Origin: Minisyncoccota bacterium
GTDB lineage: Bacteria > Patescibacteriota > Minisyncoccia > Phycocordibacterales > UBA9973
Assembly: GCA_041663005.1 (NCBI GenBank)
Contig: JBAZRK010000002.1
Location: 128,740-192,739 of the forward strand
Length of the DNA: 64,000 bases
Direction: 5' to 3'
The notes beneath the pieces were generated by a model. It was not told the origin of the DNA. It did no database searches and saw only the letters and a program-made list of their open reading frames with translations. This document shows, one piece after another, positions 18,308 through 27,449 of the stretch. Positions within the stretch are counted from its first letter, which is position 1. Every line of letters starts with the position of its first letter. Both the position numbers and the translations under genes were made by a program.

Positions 18308-20005
18308 TTACTCCTCATTTAAATCTACGACGCTCTGAACTTCTTCGAGCGAAGTGACGCCGTTTAGAATTTTTACCAAGCCGTCCTGGCGCATAGAGAG
18401 TATGCCTTGCAGCGCGGCAACTTTTTTAATTTCACGTTCGCTTGGATTCTCCGGCATTATTTTTTCAATAGTTTCATCGGTGCGAATAGCTTCAAAAATA
18501 CCCATTCTTCCTTTAAATCCAGTCATGTTGCATTTATCACACCCCACAGAAGTAAAAATTTTAAAAGAAGCATCGGGGTCTATCTTGTAATTAGTAAGGC
18601 TTTTGCCTTCCGCTTTGATGTTAACCATTATTTTTTTTATGAGCGCGTCCTCTTCTGCTGTCAGTGTTTTTTCTTTTTTACAAAATTCGCAGAGCTTGCG
18701 CACCAGACGCTGGGCTATAGAAAGTGACAAGGCCGATACCAGGATTTTTGGGTTGACCCCGAGATCTATCAGACGGGGGATGACACCTGCGGCATTGTTT
18801 GTGTGGAGAGTCGAGAAGACCATATGTCCGGTGAGAGCGGATTGTACCGCTGTTTCTGCGGTTTCGCGGTCGCGGATTTCTCCTACCATCACCACATCTG
18901 GGTCCTGACGCAAAGCGGAGCGCAGACCCTCCACGAAAGTGTAACCGCGCTCTTCGTTTGTCTGTGTTTGAGTTACGCCGGGGAGGTGATACTCCACCGG
19001 GTCTTCAATGGTGATAATTTTTATTTCCGGAGAATATATTTTTCGCAGGAAGGCGTAAAGTGTAGTGGTTTTTCCGGAACCAGTTGGACCGGTGACCAGG
19101 ATGAGGCCGTTAGGCTTGGCGATTTCTTCTTGAATAACGGAAAACAAAAATGGTTCTATTCCCATTTCTTCCAATTTTACCTGTATGGATTTCGGGTCGA
19201 GTATTCGCATAACGATGGACTCGCCGTAAGCACCGGGAATGAGGGAGGCACGGATACTGATTTCCTCTTTTTCTTCCAGGATACTAAAGCGACCATCTTG
19301 AGCCACCGTGGAAGTCAATTTCATACCGGAGAGAAGTTTGATGCGTGAATTGAGCAGGCGATAAACTTCCAAACCAAAAAAGTTTAAATCTTGCAGAACC
19401 CCATCCAGACGAAGTCGAAGCCTGCCACGGTCTCTTTCAGCTTCGATGTGAATATCCGAAGCCTTGATGGCGATAGCGCCAGCCAAGATGATTTCAAGGA
19501 GGTGTGAGATTTTGTGGGTTTTGTTACCCTCTAATGCTTCTGTCACCATTTTTTGAATATCCTGCATTTTCTCTATCTGGTTGGCTGTTTCGCGCAGAAC
19601 TTCACCCGAGATGTCAATGCCGCCGACGATAGAACTTTCGGCCATAGAGATTTCCTTATAGCGTTCCCAGATTTTAGTTAGGCTCGCGGTGGATGCCATA
19701 TAGAAAACCGGCGTTAGATTTTTTCGCCCCATATCCTCTTTTAATTTTCCAAAGAGTGCATCTGACGGCGAATGCACGGCGATATAAATATTTTTGCCGA
19801 AAAGTTTAAATGGGCCTACGGAGAGTTCTCGGGACTCTTTTTCCGTAATGGCGCGGAGAGCTTCGTTGTCTATGCCCAGCCGAGATAGATCAATATAAGG
19901 CAGGCCGTATTTTTCTTCCGCCAGGGTCGCCACAAGCTCTTCCTCTTCCTGCTTGCGCAGGTCGTCAAGACGCTTGTTTTGCTTTTCTTCATCAAAGGGA
20001 GGCAT
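18308..20005 (-). CDS. pilB: type IV pilus assembly ATPase PilB (GspE/PulE family)
   Basis: ASDIHIE, QDGR, GPTGSGKTTT, EDPVEY, LRQDPD, GEIRD, CxxC pairs. Confidence 0.93.
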   Translation of the reverse strand: MPPFDEEKQNKRLDDLRKQEEEELVATLAEEKYGLPYIDLSRLGIDNEALRAITEKESRELSVGPFKLFGKNIYIAVHSPSDALFGKLKEDMGRKNLTPVFYMASTASLTKIWERYKEISMAESSIVGGIDISGEVLRETANQIEKMQDIQKMVTEALEGNKTHKISHLLEIILAGAIAIKASDIHIEAERDRGRLRLRLDGVLQDLNFFGLEVYRLLNSRIKLLSGMKLTSTVAQDGRFSILEEKEEISIRASLIPGAYGESIVMRILDPKSIQVKLEEMGIEPFLFSVIQEEIAKPNGLILVTGPTGSGKTTTLYAFLRKIYSPEIKIITIEDPVEYHLPGVTQTQTNEERGYTFVEGLRSALRQDPDVVMVGEIRDRETAETAVQSALTGHMVFSTLHTNNAAGVIPRLIDLGVNPKILVSALSLSIAQRLVRKLCEFCKKEKTLTAEEDALIKKIMVNIKAEGKSLTNYKIDPDASFKIFTSVGCDKCNMTGFKGRMGIFEAIRTDETIEKIMPENPSEREIKKVAALQGILSMRQDGLVKILNGVTSLEEVQSVVDLNEE

Positions 20006-20052
20006 TGAAATAAATTATACCTCCGCCCCTCTTTTTATGCTAATATTTTTCT

Positions 20053-20526
20053 ATGCGGAAATTATCCCGAAATAAAAAAGAAACAGGAGAAATAGCAAAG
20101 ATATTTCTGGACAAAATTCTAAACAAGAAAGTGCCTAAAGGTGCGCGGGTGGTAGGGCTTTATGGTAATTTGGGTGCGGGGAAAACAGCCTTCGTCAAGG
20201 CTATTGCCAAGCACCTAGCGGTTAAGGAGGTGGTTAACAGCCCGACTTTCGTCATCATCAAGAGATACCCCATACCAGAACGAGTTCGGTACGGGGCAGG
20301 TCCTATAAAAAAAAGTGAGCTGAAAACTCTTTTTCATTTAGACGCGTATCGCCTAAAGAATGAGCATGAGCTCCTTACTCTCGGCTGGGAAGAAATAATT
20401 AAAGATGACGCAAACTTGGTTTTCATTGAATGGCCGGAAAACGTAGAAAAGGTAATGCCTCGCCAGTCGAGCAATGTGCATATTGCTCACGAAAAGGGTA
20501 CTCGCCGAAGCCTCAAATTAAGTTAG
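20053..20526 (+). CDS. tsaE: tRNA t6A biosynthesis ATPase TsaE
   Basis: GNLGAGKT, SPTF, HLDAYRL, IEW. Confidence 0.95.
   Translation: MRKLSRNKKETGEIAKIFLDKILNKKVPKGARVVGLYGNLGAGKTAFVKAIAKHLAVKEVVNSPTFVIIKRYPIPERVRYGAGPIKKSELKTLFHLDAYRLKNEHELLTLGWEEIIKDDANLVFIEWPENVEKVMPRQSSNVHIAHEKGTRRSLKLS
20268..20300. repeat. 33-bp palindromic element in frame in tsaE
   Basis: CCCCATACCAGAACGAGTTCGGTACGGGG-CAGG. Confidence 0.8.
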
Positions 20527-20549
20527 GCTAAAATGCTATAATTAGCTTA

Positions 20550-22994
20550 ATGGCGAAAACAAACAACAATAAAAGGCTGGTACTGCTTGATGCGCACGCA
20601 ATAATCCACCGCGCCTACCACGCCCTGCCCGAATTCACTTCAAGTAGTGGTGAGCCCACTGGAGCCCTCTACGGCCTTTCCAGTATGCTTATTCGTATTA
20701 TTGCCGACCTTAAGCCTGACTATATTGCCGCTTGTTATGACCTACCGCAGAAAACATTTCGCCACGAGGTTTATGATGCCTATAAAGCTGGCCGGGCAAA
20801 GACCGACGAAGCGCTCATTTCTCAACTCAAAGTATCGCGACAAATTTTCGATGCTTTTAACATTCCTATTTATGATGCGCCGGGCTTTGAGGCTGACGAC
20901 GTTTTGGGTACGATAGTTGAGCAATATAAAAAAGATAAAAAATTAGACATCATCATTGCTTCCGGAGATATGGATACAATGCAGTTAGTGGATGACAAGA
21001 AAGTACAAGTTTACACCCTAAAGAAAGGGATTAACGACACGATTCTTTATGATGAAGAAAAAGTTGTAGAACGCTTCGGTTTCAAGCCGGTGCTCTTGCC
21101 GGATTACAAAGGACTCCGAGGGGACCCGTCGGACAATATAATTGGAGTGAAAGGCATAGGAGAGAAAACGGCGCAAACCCTCATCTTGAATTTCGGAACT
21201 GTTGAAGAAATTTATAAAAAAATAAAAAAGGACCCAGAAGCTTTGGCCAAGGCAGGTATAAGCGCCCGGATGATTGAGATACTCAAAGAAAACGAGGAAG
21301 AGGCGCTGTTTTCGAAGACGCTTGCAACCATTCGTACTGATGCACCAATCAAATTTTCCTTACCGGAGAAAACTTTTTGGGAAAGTGCCGACCAGAAGAA
21401 AATAGAAGAAACCTTCACACGGCTAGAATTCAAAAGTCTAGGGGCTCGATTACAGAATTTTTTTAAGAACGGGAATGAGGGCCCCCGGCCAGCAGAATTT
21501 TCTCGGGTCCTTGGGTCGCCCGCGCAAGTTTCTAAAAACGAGCGGGCTCAACCAGACCAGCTCGAAAATTCTCTGGCCGGGAGCCCAGAGATAGATTCCG
21601 AAAAGCTCCAGGAAACGAGCATTGCGCTGTGGCTCATAAATTCCGAAATTTCCGACCCGAAAATAGAAAACATTTTACAATATGCTAAAACCGAAAGCTT
21701 CGAAGAGGCGCGAAGTATAATTTTAAAGAAGCTCAAAGCAGACAAACTGGAAAATGTTTTCGAAGAAATTGAAAAACCGATTATGCCAGTGGTAAAGCAG
21801 ATGGAAGACTATGGGATATTAATCGATAAGAAATATTTTAAAAGTTTATCTGTCGAATACCATAAGGAGCTCGATTTACTTACGAAAAGAATATGGAAAA
21901 CAGCCGGGACAGAATTCAATATTAATTCCCCGAAACAGTTAGGCGAAGTACTTTTCGGCAAGATGGGCATTAAGTCTGGGAAAAAAAGTGCGGGCGGGGC
22001 GCTCTCTACTCGAGTTTCTGTCCTAGAAGAGCTCGAAGAAGAAAACCCGATAATTTCCGACATCCTAGCTTATCGCGAACTTCAGAAGCTCCTTTCTACG
22101 TACATCGACGTTATACCTGATATGGCGGGGGAGGATGGGCGGCTGCACGCCAGGTTCATTCAGAACGGGACGACGACGGGACGCTTTTCTTCCCAAGATC
22201 CAAATTTACAAAATTTACCCATAAAGTCAGAGCTAGGTAGGAGGATTCGCGGCGGCTTCGTAGCCCCGTCTGGGAGCGTCTTGGCAGCATTTGACTACAG
22301 CCAGATTGAACTTCGGGTTGCCGCTATGCTCTCGGGCGACAAGAAAATGACAGCGTTGTTCCGCGAACGTAAGGACATTCACGCCGGAGTGGCGTCTTTT
22401 GTATTCGGGGTGCCTATTGAAAAGGTTGATGCGGAAATGAGACGCAAAGCGAAAGTTATAAACTTCGGCATTATTTACGGGATGGGAGTAAGTGCCTTGC
22501 GGAAAAACTTGGGAGGCACCCGCGACGAAGCGCAGAAATTCTACGACAACTATTTTAATCAGTTTTCTGGGGTGAGGGATTACTTGGAGGAAGTAAAAAG
22601 TTTTGCCAAGAAAAATTCTTATACCGAAACATTGTTCGGCCGCCGAAGATATTTCCCAAACATAAATTCACGCCTGCCATTTCTCCGAAGTATGGCAGAG
22701 CGTACCGCTACCAATGCGTCAATTCAGGGGACAGCTGCGGACATTATTAAGCTTGCCATCAGGTTTACAGAAGAAGACCTCAAAGCGGCAGAGCTTTTAA
22801 AAAAGGTACACCTTGTGCTTCAAGTGCACGATGAGCTGGTTTATGAAATAGAAAAGGATGTGGTAGAAAAAGCTGCCGAAATAATAAAAAAGGCAATGGA
22901 GAGCGCTCTCGTGCGAGCTTACTTGGGCTACAAAACTGACATTCCGCTCTTGGTCCACGAAGGGGCAGGGGCGAACTTAGGGGAAGTCAAATAG
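20550..22994 (+). CDS. polA: DNA polymerase I (short; 3'-5' exonuclease region reduced)
   Basis: RAYHA, EADD, GDPSDN, PNLQN, DYSQIELR, AKVINFGIIYG, QVHDEL. Confidence 0.97.
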   Translation: MAKTNNNKRLVLLDAHAIIHRAYHALPEFTSSSGEPTGALYGLSSMLIRIIADLKPDYIAACYDLPQKTFRHEVYDAYKAGRAKTDEALISQLKVSRQIFDAFNIPIYDAPGFEADDVLGTIVEQYKKDKKLDIIIASGDMDTMQLVDDKKVQVYTLKKGINDTILYDEEKVVERFGFKPVLLPDYKGLRGDPSDNIIGVKGIGEKTAQTLILNFGTVEEIYKKIKKDPEALAKAGISARMIEILKENEEEALFSKTLATIRTDAPIKFSLPEKTFWESADQKKIEETFTRLEFKSLGARLQNFFKNGNEGPRPAEFSRVLGSPAQVSKNERAQPDQLENSLAGSPEIDSEKLQETSIALWLINSEISDPKIENILQYAKTESFEEARSIILKKLKADKLENVFEEIEKPIMPVVKQMEDYGILIDKKYFKSLSVEYHKELDLLTKRIWKTAGTEFNINSPKQLGEVLFGKMGIKSGKKSAGGALSTRVSVLEELEEENPIISDILAYRELQKLLSTYIDVIPDMAGEDGRLHARFIQNGTTTGRFSSQDPNLQNLPIKSELGRRIRGGFVAPSGSVLAAFDYSQIELRVAAMLSGDKKMTALFRERKDIHAGVASFVFGVPIEKVDAEMRRKAKVINFGIIYGMGVSALRKNLGGTRDEAQKFYDNYFNQFSGVRDYLEEVKSFAKKNSYTETLFGRRRYFPNINSRLPFLRSMAERTATNASIQGTAADIIKLAIRFTEEDLKAAELLKKVHLVLQVHDELVYEIEKDVVEKAAEIIKKAMESALVRAYLGYKTDIPLLVHEGAGANLGEVK
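21479..21586. repeat. about 108-bp long hairpin element in frame in polA
   Basis: GGGCCCCCGGCCAG-CAGAATTTTC...GAAAATTCT-CTGGCCGGGAGCCC. Confidence 0.8.
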
Positions 22995-23020
22995 TGAAAT
23001 TTGTGGTAGAATATTAAATT

Positions 23021-23491
23021 ATGTACGGCGGCGGCACAAAAGATCCTAAAAGAGTAAGTGTGCACCGAGTGCTGGTGCGGTCCTACTACACCTCGCTCCT
23101 TTTCTTCCTTATCGGCGTGTGTCTGGATATGATTTTCCGATTGAATATCTTAAAAGGAGTGATGATTGCCCCGGCAGGGTTTATATTTTTAATTGCTGGA
23201 ACATGGCTAATAATTTGGGCTCAGCACACCTCGCGCAACTTTCAAAATGATAACATTACTTCGGAAAGTTTCCGCCGAGGGCCATATAGCTTTACCAGAA
23301 ACCCGACATATTGGGGGCTATACCTTGTATTGTTCGGCTTCGGCTTGGTTATTAATGCAATTTTCGTGCTTGCTTCAACAATTGTTTCTTTCTTTATAAC
23401 CAAATTCTTTTTCTTGAAACAGGAAGAAAAAATACTGGCGGAAAAATACGGTGACGCTTACTTGGAATACAAGAAATCGGTGCACACTTAG
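23021..23491 (+). CDS. isoprenylcysteine carboxylmethyltransferase (ICMT/PEMT) family membrane protein
   Basis: GPYSFTRNPTY, EEKIL..KYG..Y..Y. Confidence 0.85.
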   Translation: MYGGGTKDPKRVSVHRVLVRSYYTSLLFFLIGVCLDMIFRLNILKGVMIAPAGFIFLIAGTWLIIWAQHTSRNFQNDNITSESFRRGPYSFTRNPTYWGLYLVLFGFGLVINAIFVLASTIVSFFITKFFFLKQEEKILAEKYGDAYLEYKKSVHT

Positions 23492-23503
23492 ACTTGTTGA
23501 TTT

Positions 23504-24151
23504 ATGATTTACCTTTTTGCCGGCGACGACGCTAAGACTAAAATTCTCAATTACGAGAAATTCGCAAAAACTTTTCCTAAATCGGTGGATATTTTCTCTG
23601 TTAGTCGAAACAATTTCGACCCAGCGCAGATAGAGAGTTACTATTCAGGGGAAAGCCTTTTTACTAAAAAGTCCGTCGTGGTTTTCCAGGGCATTCTCGA
23701 ACGAGAAGAAGCACGGGACTTTGCTCTTCTGAAGCTCGGGTTGATGGCAAGTTCTGGCAACGATTTTGTTTTCATTGAAGGAAAACTAAATAAACCTGTT
23801 ATCGATGCCTTCAAGAAAGCTCGCGCCGAAATTAACATTTTTGATCTATCGAAAGAGAAAAAAGAGAAATATGACAATTTTCTAGTCGCTAATGCTTTCG
23901 CCAGCAGAGACAAATTTCATACTTGGTTGTATTTCCGACAAGCCGTGGACTTGGGTGTGGCTCTAGATGAGCTCGCTGGAATTCTTTTCTGGAAGGTGAA
24001 AGATATGTTGGTAAAAAAGAACTTCAGCAAATTTAAAGAAGAGGAGTTAAAAAATTTCGTCGGGAAGCTCTCATATCTTCTCCCAGAAGCCAGACAAAAA
24101 GGCCCTGAGGCCGAGTCCGCCTTCGAGCAATTTTTACTTGAGGCTTTCTAG
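23504..24151 (+). CDS. holA: divergent DNA polymerase III delta subunit-like protein
   Basis: MIYLFAGDD start, SLFTKKSVV; shorter than canonical. Confidence 0.55.
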   Translation: MIYLFAGDDAKTKILNYEKFAKTFPKSVDIFSVSRNNFDPAQIESYYSGESLFTKKSVVVFQGILEREEARDFALLKLGLMASSGNDFVFIEGKLNKPVIDAFKKARAEINIFDLSKEKKEKYDNFLVANAFASRDKFHTWLYFRQAVDLGVALDELAGILFWKVKDMLVKKNFSKFKEEELKNFVGKLSYLLPEARQKGPEAESAFEQFLLEAF

Positions 24152-24224
24152 TGCGCCCGCTCGGGATCGAACCGAGGACCTTATCCTTAAAAGGGATCTG
24201 CTCTACCAGCTGAGCTACGGGCGC
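24152..24224 (-). tRNA. tRNA-Lys(TTT)
   Basis: Cloverleaf GCGCCCG...TAGCTCAG...CTTTTAA...GGTTCGATCC...CGGGCGCA. Confidence 0.95.
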
Positions 24225-24270
24225 ATACGCTGATACTATAAGAGAAAAGCTTAAAAATCAAGGAGATTAG

Positions 24271-24807
24271 CTATTGCTTCTTCAGCCACTCAATCATTTT
24301 CTTGTATGTAGCTGGGCCTGTTTCTCCGTCAGCAGTGGTGCCGACATCTTTCTGGAAATCAGTAACGGCGGTTTTAAGCCCGGCACCGTAGTCGTTGTCG
24401 ACTTTATTTGAAGTTTTGTTATAAAGATTTAAAAATTTCTGTATTGTACCCACCCGAGTGCCCTTCGAACCAACTTTCATAAATACATTATCAGTAACGA
24501 GCTTCTGCAGTTCGTTTATAAGAGTTTGGTTTTTGTAAGTTATTGTAGTTGGGGCAGGCTTTTCTTCTTCTGGTGCAGGCGCAGGCTCTTCCTTCACTTC
24601 TTCCTTTTCTGCTTCAAGTGTTCCGAGCTGGCTTTTTAAAGCAGCTAATTCTTTTTCAAGCTCGCTATTTTTCTCGGCAAGTTCGCGTTCGTGTTGACGC
24701 GCCGCGTGCAAGTCACCGGGTTCGAGGGTTGTAAATGCCCAGTAGCCCAAGAGGCCTAAGGCGGCAATAACGATAATTGATATCAATCCGAATTTAAAAT
24801 TCTCCAC
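24271..24807 (-). CDS. membrane-anchored coiled-coil protein with peptidoglycan-binding domain
   Basis: GTG start, TM, coiled coil, VGTIQKFL...AVTDFQK...ADGETGPAT. Confidence 0.8.
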   Translation of the reverse strand: MENFKFGLISIIVIAALGLLGYWAFTTLEPGDLHAARQHERELAEKNSELEKELAALKSQLGTLEAEKEEVKEEPAPAPEEEKPAPTTITYKNQTLINELQKLVTDNVFMKVGSKGTRVGTIQKFLNLYNKTSNKVDNDYGAGLKTAVTDFQKDVGTTADGETGPATYKKMIEWLKKQ

Positions 24808-24877
24808 AATGTATATATTGTAGTATAATGATGCTTCTTTGTAAAATAGTGCTAGTATAAAAAAAGATAACACCAGT

Positions 24878-27100
24878 ATGAAACAAGGAATTTTCAAACT
24901 AAAAAGCAAATGGCAGCCTGCCGGGGACCAACCCAAGGCTATTTCTGAGCTTATGTCCGGGCTTAAAAAAGGGTTTCAAAAGCAGACTCTCCTGGGCGCC
25001 ACCGGCACCGGGAAAACTTTCACGATGGCGAACGTCATTGCAGAGTGGGGGAAGCCGGCGCTGGTCATTGCCCACAATAAAACTCTGGCTGCTCAGCTGG
25101 CGCAAGAATTTAAAATGTTTTTCCCTGAAGCGGCCGTTCATTACTTCGTTTCCTATTATGATTACTATCAGCCGGAGGCATATATGCCGGTCTCAGATAC
25201 CTATATCGAAAAAGACGCGCAAATAAACAAAGAGATTGACCGCTTGCGCCACGCTACTACCCAGGCACTCTTAACGAGGAGGGATGTCGTTATTGTCGCT
25301 TCCGTGTCTTGTATCTATGGTCTTGGTAGTCCGGAAGAGTACGAGAAAGTAAATTTAAAATTGGAAATTGGGCAGGCAATGGACCGCACGACCCTGATGA
25401 AACGCTTGATCGAAATACATTTCGAGCGCACCAATGCTGACCTTACCCCTGGCACATTCCGAGTTATGGGTTCGCGAGTGGAATTTATGCCTGTTTCCGA
25501 GACGATTATGTATCAACTGGAACTTGCGGGAGGCGAAATTTCAAAAATCACCAAAGTAGACCCCGTTTCCTCAAGGGTTATCAAAGAAGAAACAAATGTT
25601 TTTATTTTCCCCGCAAAACATTTCATCACAGATGAAGCGCGACTTAAGACAGCTCTGGTTAACATTAAAAAAGAGTTAGCCGCGCAACTCAAGAAGTTCG
25701 AAAAGGAAGGTAAGCTTCTCGAGGCAGAAAGAATAAAACGAAGAACCAATTACGACCTAGCAATGATTAAAGAAGTTGGCTACTGCAACGGGATAGAAAA
25801 CTATTCCCGACATCTGTCAGGAAAAAAAGAAGGCGAGCCGCCGGAAACACTTTTGAGTTACTTTCCAAAAACCACCTCACCTCGCCCCTCGAAAAACTCG
25901 GGGCACCCCTCTCCTTGGCAAGGAGAGGGGTTGGGGGGAGGGGTCCATGTTCCGGACTTCCTTACTATTATCGACGAGTCCCACGTCACCCTCCCACAAC
26001 TCGGCGGAATGTATGCAGGTGATGCTTCTAGGAAAAATACACTTGTTGAATACGGATTTCGTTTACCATCGGCAAAAGATAATCGCCCCCTTAAGTACGC
26101 GGAATTCGAAGAACGCATCGGACCCGTAATATACACCAGCGCCACTCCAAGCGAAGTCGAGAGGAAAACCAGCGAACAGATCGTGGAGCAAATAATTCGC
26201 CCGACGGGTCTAGTAGACCCGGAAGTGCTTGTTAGGCCAGTGTCCGAAAAGGAGAAGTATCTTGGGCAAATTCAAGATTTCATAACCGAAGCGGAAAAGA
26301 CTATTGCCAAAGGTTTCCGGGCGATGGCGACCACGCTTACGAAGAAGATGGCAGAAGACCTGACTGCATATTTAAAAGAAAAAGGTTTTAAGGCTGAGTA
26401 TTTACATTCTGATATAAAAACCATGGACAGAATCAAAATATTAACTCAATTCAGACGAGGAGGAAGGGGAACTCCTGCCCCGTCTGGAGTCGAAGACTCT
26501 CGTTCGGGGTTTGATGTTTTGGTGGGGGTAAACTTGTTGCGAGAAGGTTTGGACCTTCCTGAGGTGGCGCTTATTGGAATTCTCGACGCTGACAAGGAGG
26601 GCTTTCTCCGTTCAGAAACATCGCTCATTCAAATCATTGGCCGTGCGGCGCGTAACTCCGAGGGCAGGGTAATTTTATATGCGGACAGCATTACCGGCTC
26701 TATGGAGAGGGCGATAGGGGAGACCGAGCGCCGCAGAAACATTCAACTCGCATATAACAAGGAGCACGGCATAACGCCGCAAACTATTCTTAAGAAAATT
26801 CACGATATCACCGAAGAGCTAGAAAGTGAGCATGGCAAAATTGTAAATGCAGAGCTTGCCCTGGATGTGGAATTGTTTAAAAAAGTTTTTGCCAAAGAGA
26901 AAAGCAATAAAGGCAGAACCGAGTCCGATACCATTAAAAACATCGGCCTTTCTGACGAAGAACGAAACAAGGTGGTCTATGACAAGATAATTAAAATGAA
27001 AGAAAAAGAAATGAACAAAGCGGTGAAACAGCTCGACTTCGAAACCGCCGCTATATTGCGCGACGAAATTAAAGTTTTGCAAGAAAAATATTTGAGATAA
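24878..27100 (+). CDS. uvrB: excinuclease ABC subunit B
   Basis: GDQPKAI, GATGTGKT, YYDYYQPEAY, DESH, NLLREGLD, C-terminal UVR. Confidence 0.98.
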   Translation: MKQGIFKLKSKWQPAGDQPKAISELMSGLKKGFQKQTLLGATGTGKTFTMANVIAEWGKPALVIAHNKTLAAQLAQEFKMFFPEAAVHYFVSYYDYYQPEAYMPVSDTYIEKDAQINKEIDRLRHATTQALLTRRDVVIVASVSCIYGLGSPEEYEKVNLKLEIGQAMDRTTLMKRLIEIHFERTNADLTPGTFRVMGSRVEFMPVSETIMYQLELAGGEISKITKVDPVSSRVIKEETNVFIFPAKHFITDEARLKTALVNIKKELAAQLKKFEKEGKLLEAERIKRRTNYDLAMIKEVGYCNGIENYSRHLSGKKEGEPPETLLSYFPKTTSPRPSKNSGHPSPWQGEGLGGGVHVPDFLTIIDESHVTLPQLGGMYAGDASRKNTLVEYGFRLPSAKDNRPLKYAEFEERIGPVIYTSATPSEVERKTSEQIVEQIIRPTGLVDPEVLVRPVSEKEKYLGQIQDFITEAEKTIAKGFRAMATTLTKKMAEDLTAYLKEKGFKAEYLHSDIKTMDRIKILTQFRRGGRGTPAPSGVEDSRSGFDVLVGVNLLREGLDLPEVALIGILDADKEGFLRSETSLIQIIGRAARNSEGRVILYADSITGSMERAIGETERRRNIQLAYNKEHGITPQTILKKIHDITEELESEHGKIVNAELALDVELFKKVFAKEKSNKGRTESDTIKNIGLSDEERNKVVYDKIIKMKEKEMNKAVKQLDFETAAILRDEIKVLQEKYLR
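25871..25944. repeat. composite palindromic element in frame in uvrB (PSPWQGEGLGGG)
   Basis: Core ACCCCTCTCCTT-GGC-AAGGAGAGGGGT (25905-25931) plus GCCCCTCGA...TCGGGGC; outer ends approximate. Confidence 0.8.
26474..26509. repeat. 36-bp palindromic element in frame in uvrB
   Basis: CCTG-CCCCG-TCTG-GAGTC-GAA-GACTC-TCGTT-CGGGG. Confidence 0.8.
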
Positions 27101-27159
27101 AAAAAGCCGGGCGTTTCCGTCCGGCTGGGGTCAGGCGCATATCCCCAAAGCGCGTAATT

Positions 27160-27304
27160 CTAACTTCCGACGATGGCGATGTGCCTGACCGACCAATTCT
27201 CCCACAACAATTCCTGAATCTTTTCGCGTTCCAGAATACTTAAATGCTTGTATTGCATACCTCTATTTTACTAAAAGTGTTGCACTTACTTGTTGAACCT
27301 AGGG
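27160..27304 (-). mobile_element. IS30-family remnant (left end plus truncated transposase HTH)
   Basis: 27258-27160 reads MQYKHLSILEREKIQELLWENWSVRHIAIVGS*, like the IS30 N-terminal HTH; upstream GGTTCAACAAGTAAGTGCAACA resembles IS30 ends. Confidence 0.65.
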
Positions 27305-27449
27305 GCATGTGTCCGACTGGGGGCACTGGAATGATCGTTACTCAGGGATTTTATAATTGTTATGTTATTTTAGATAAAGGTCTATTGGTTTTGGGAGTTT
27401 TGCTACTAATTGTAGGGCTTATATTTTACACGTTTCAAAAAGCACGCAC

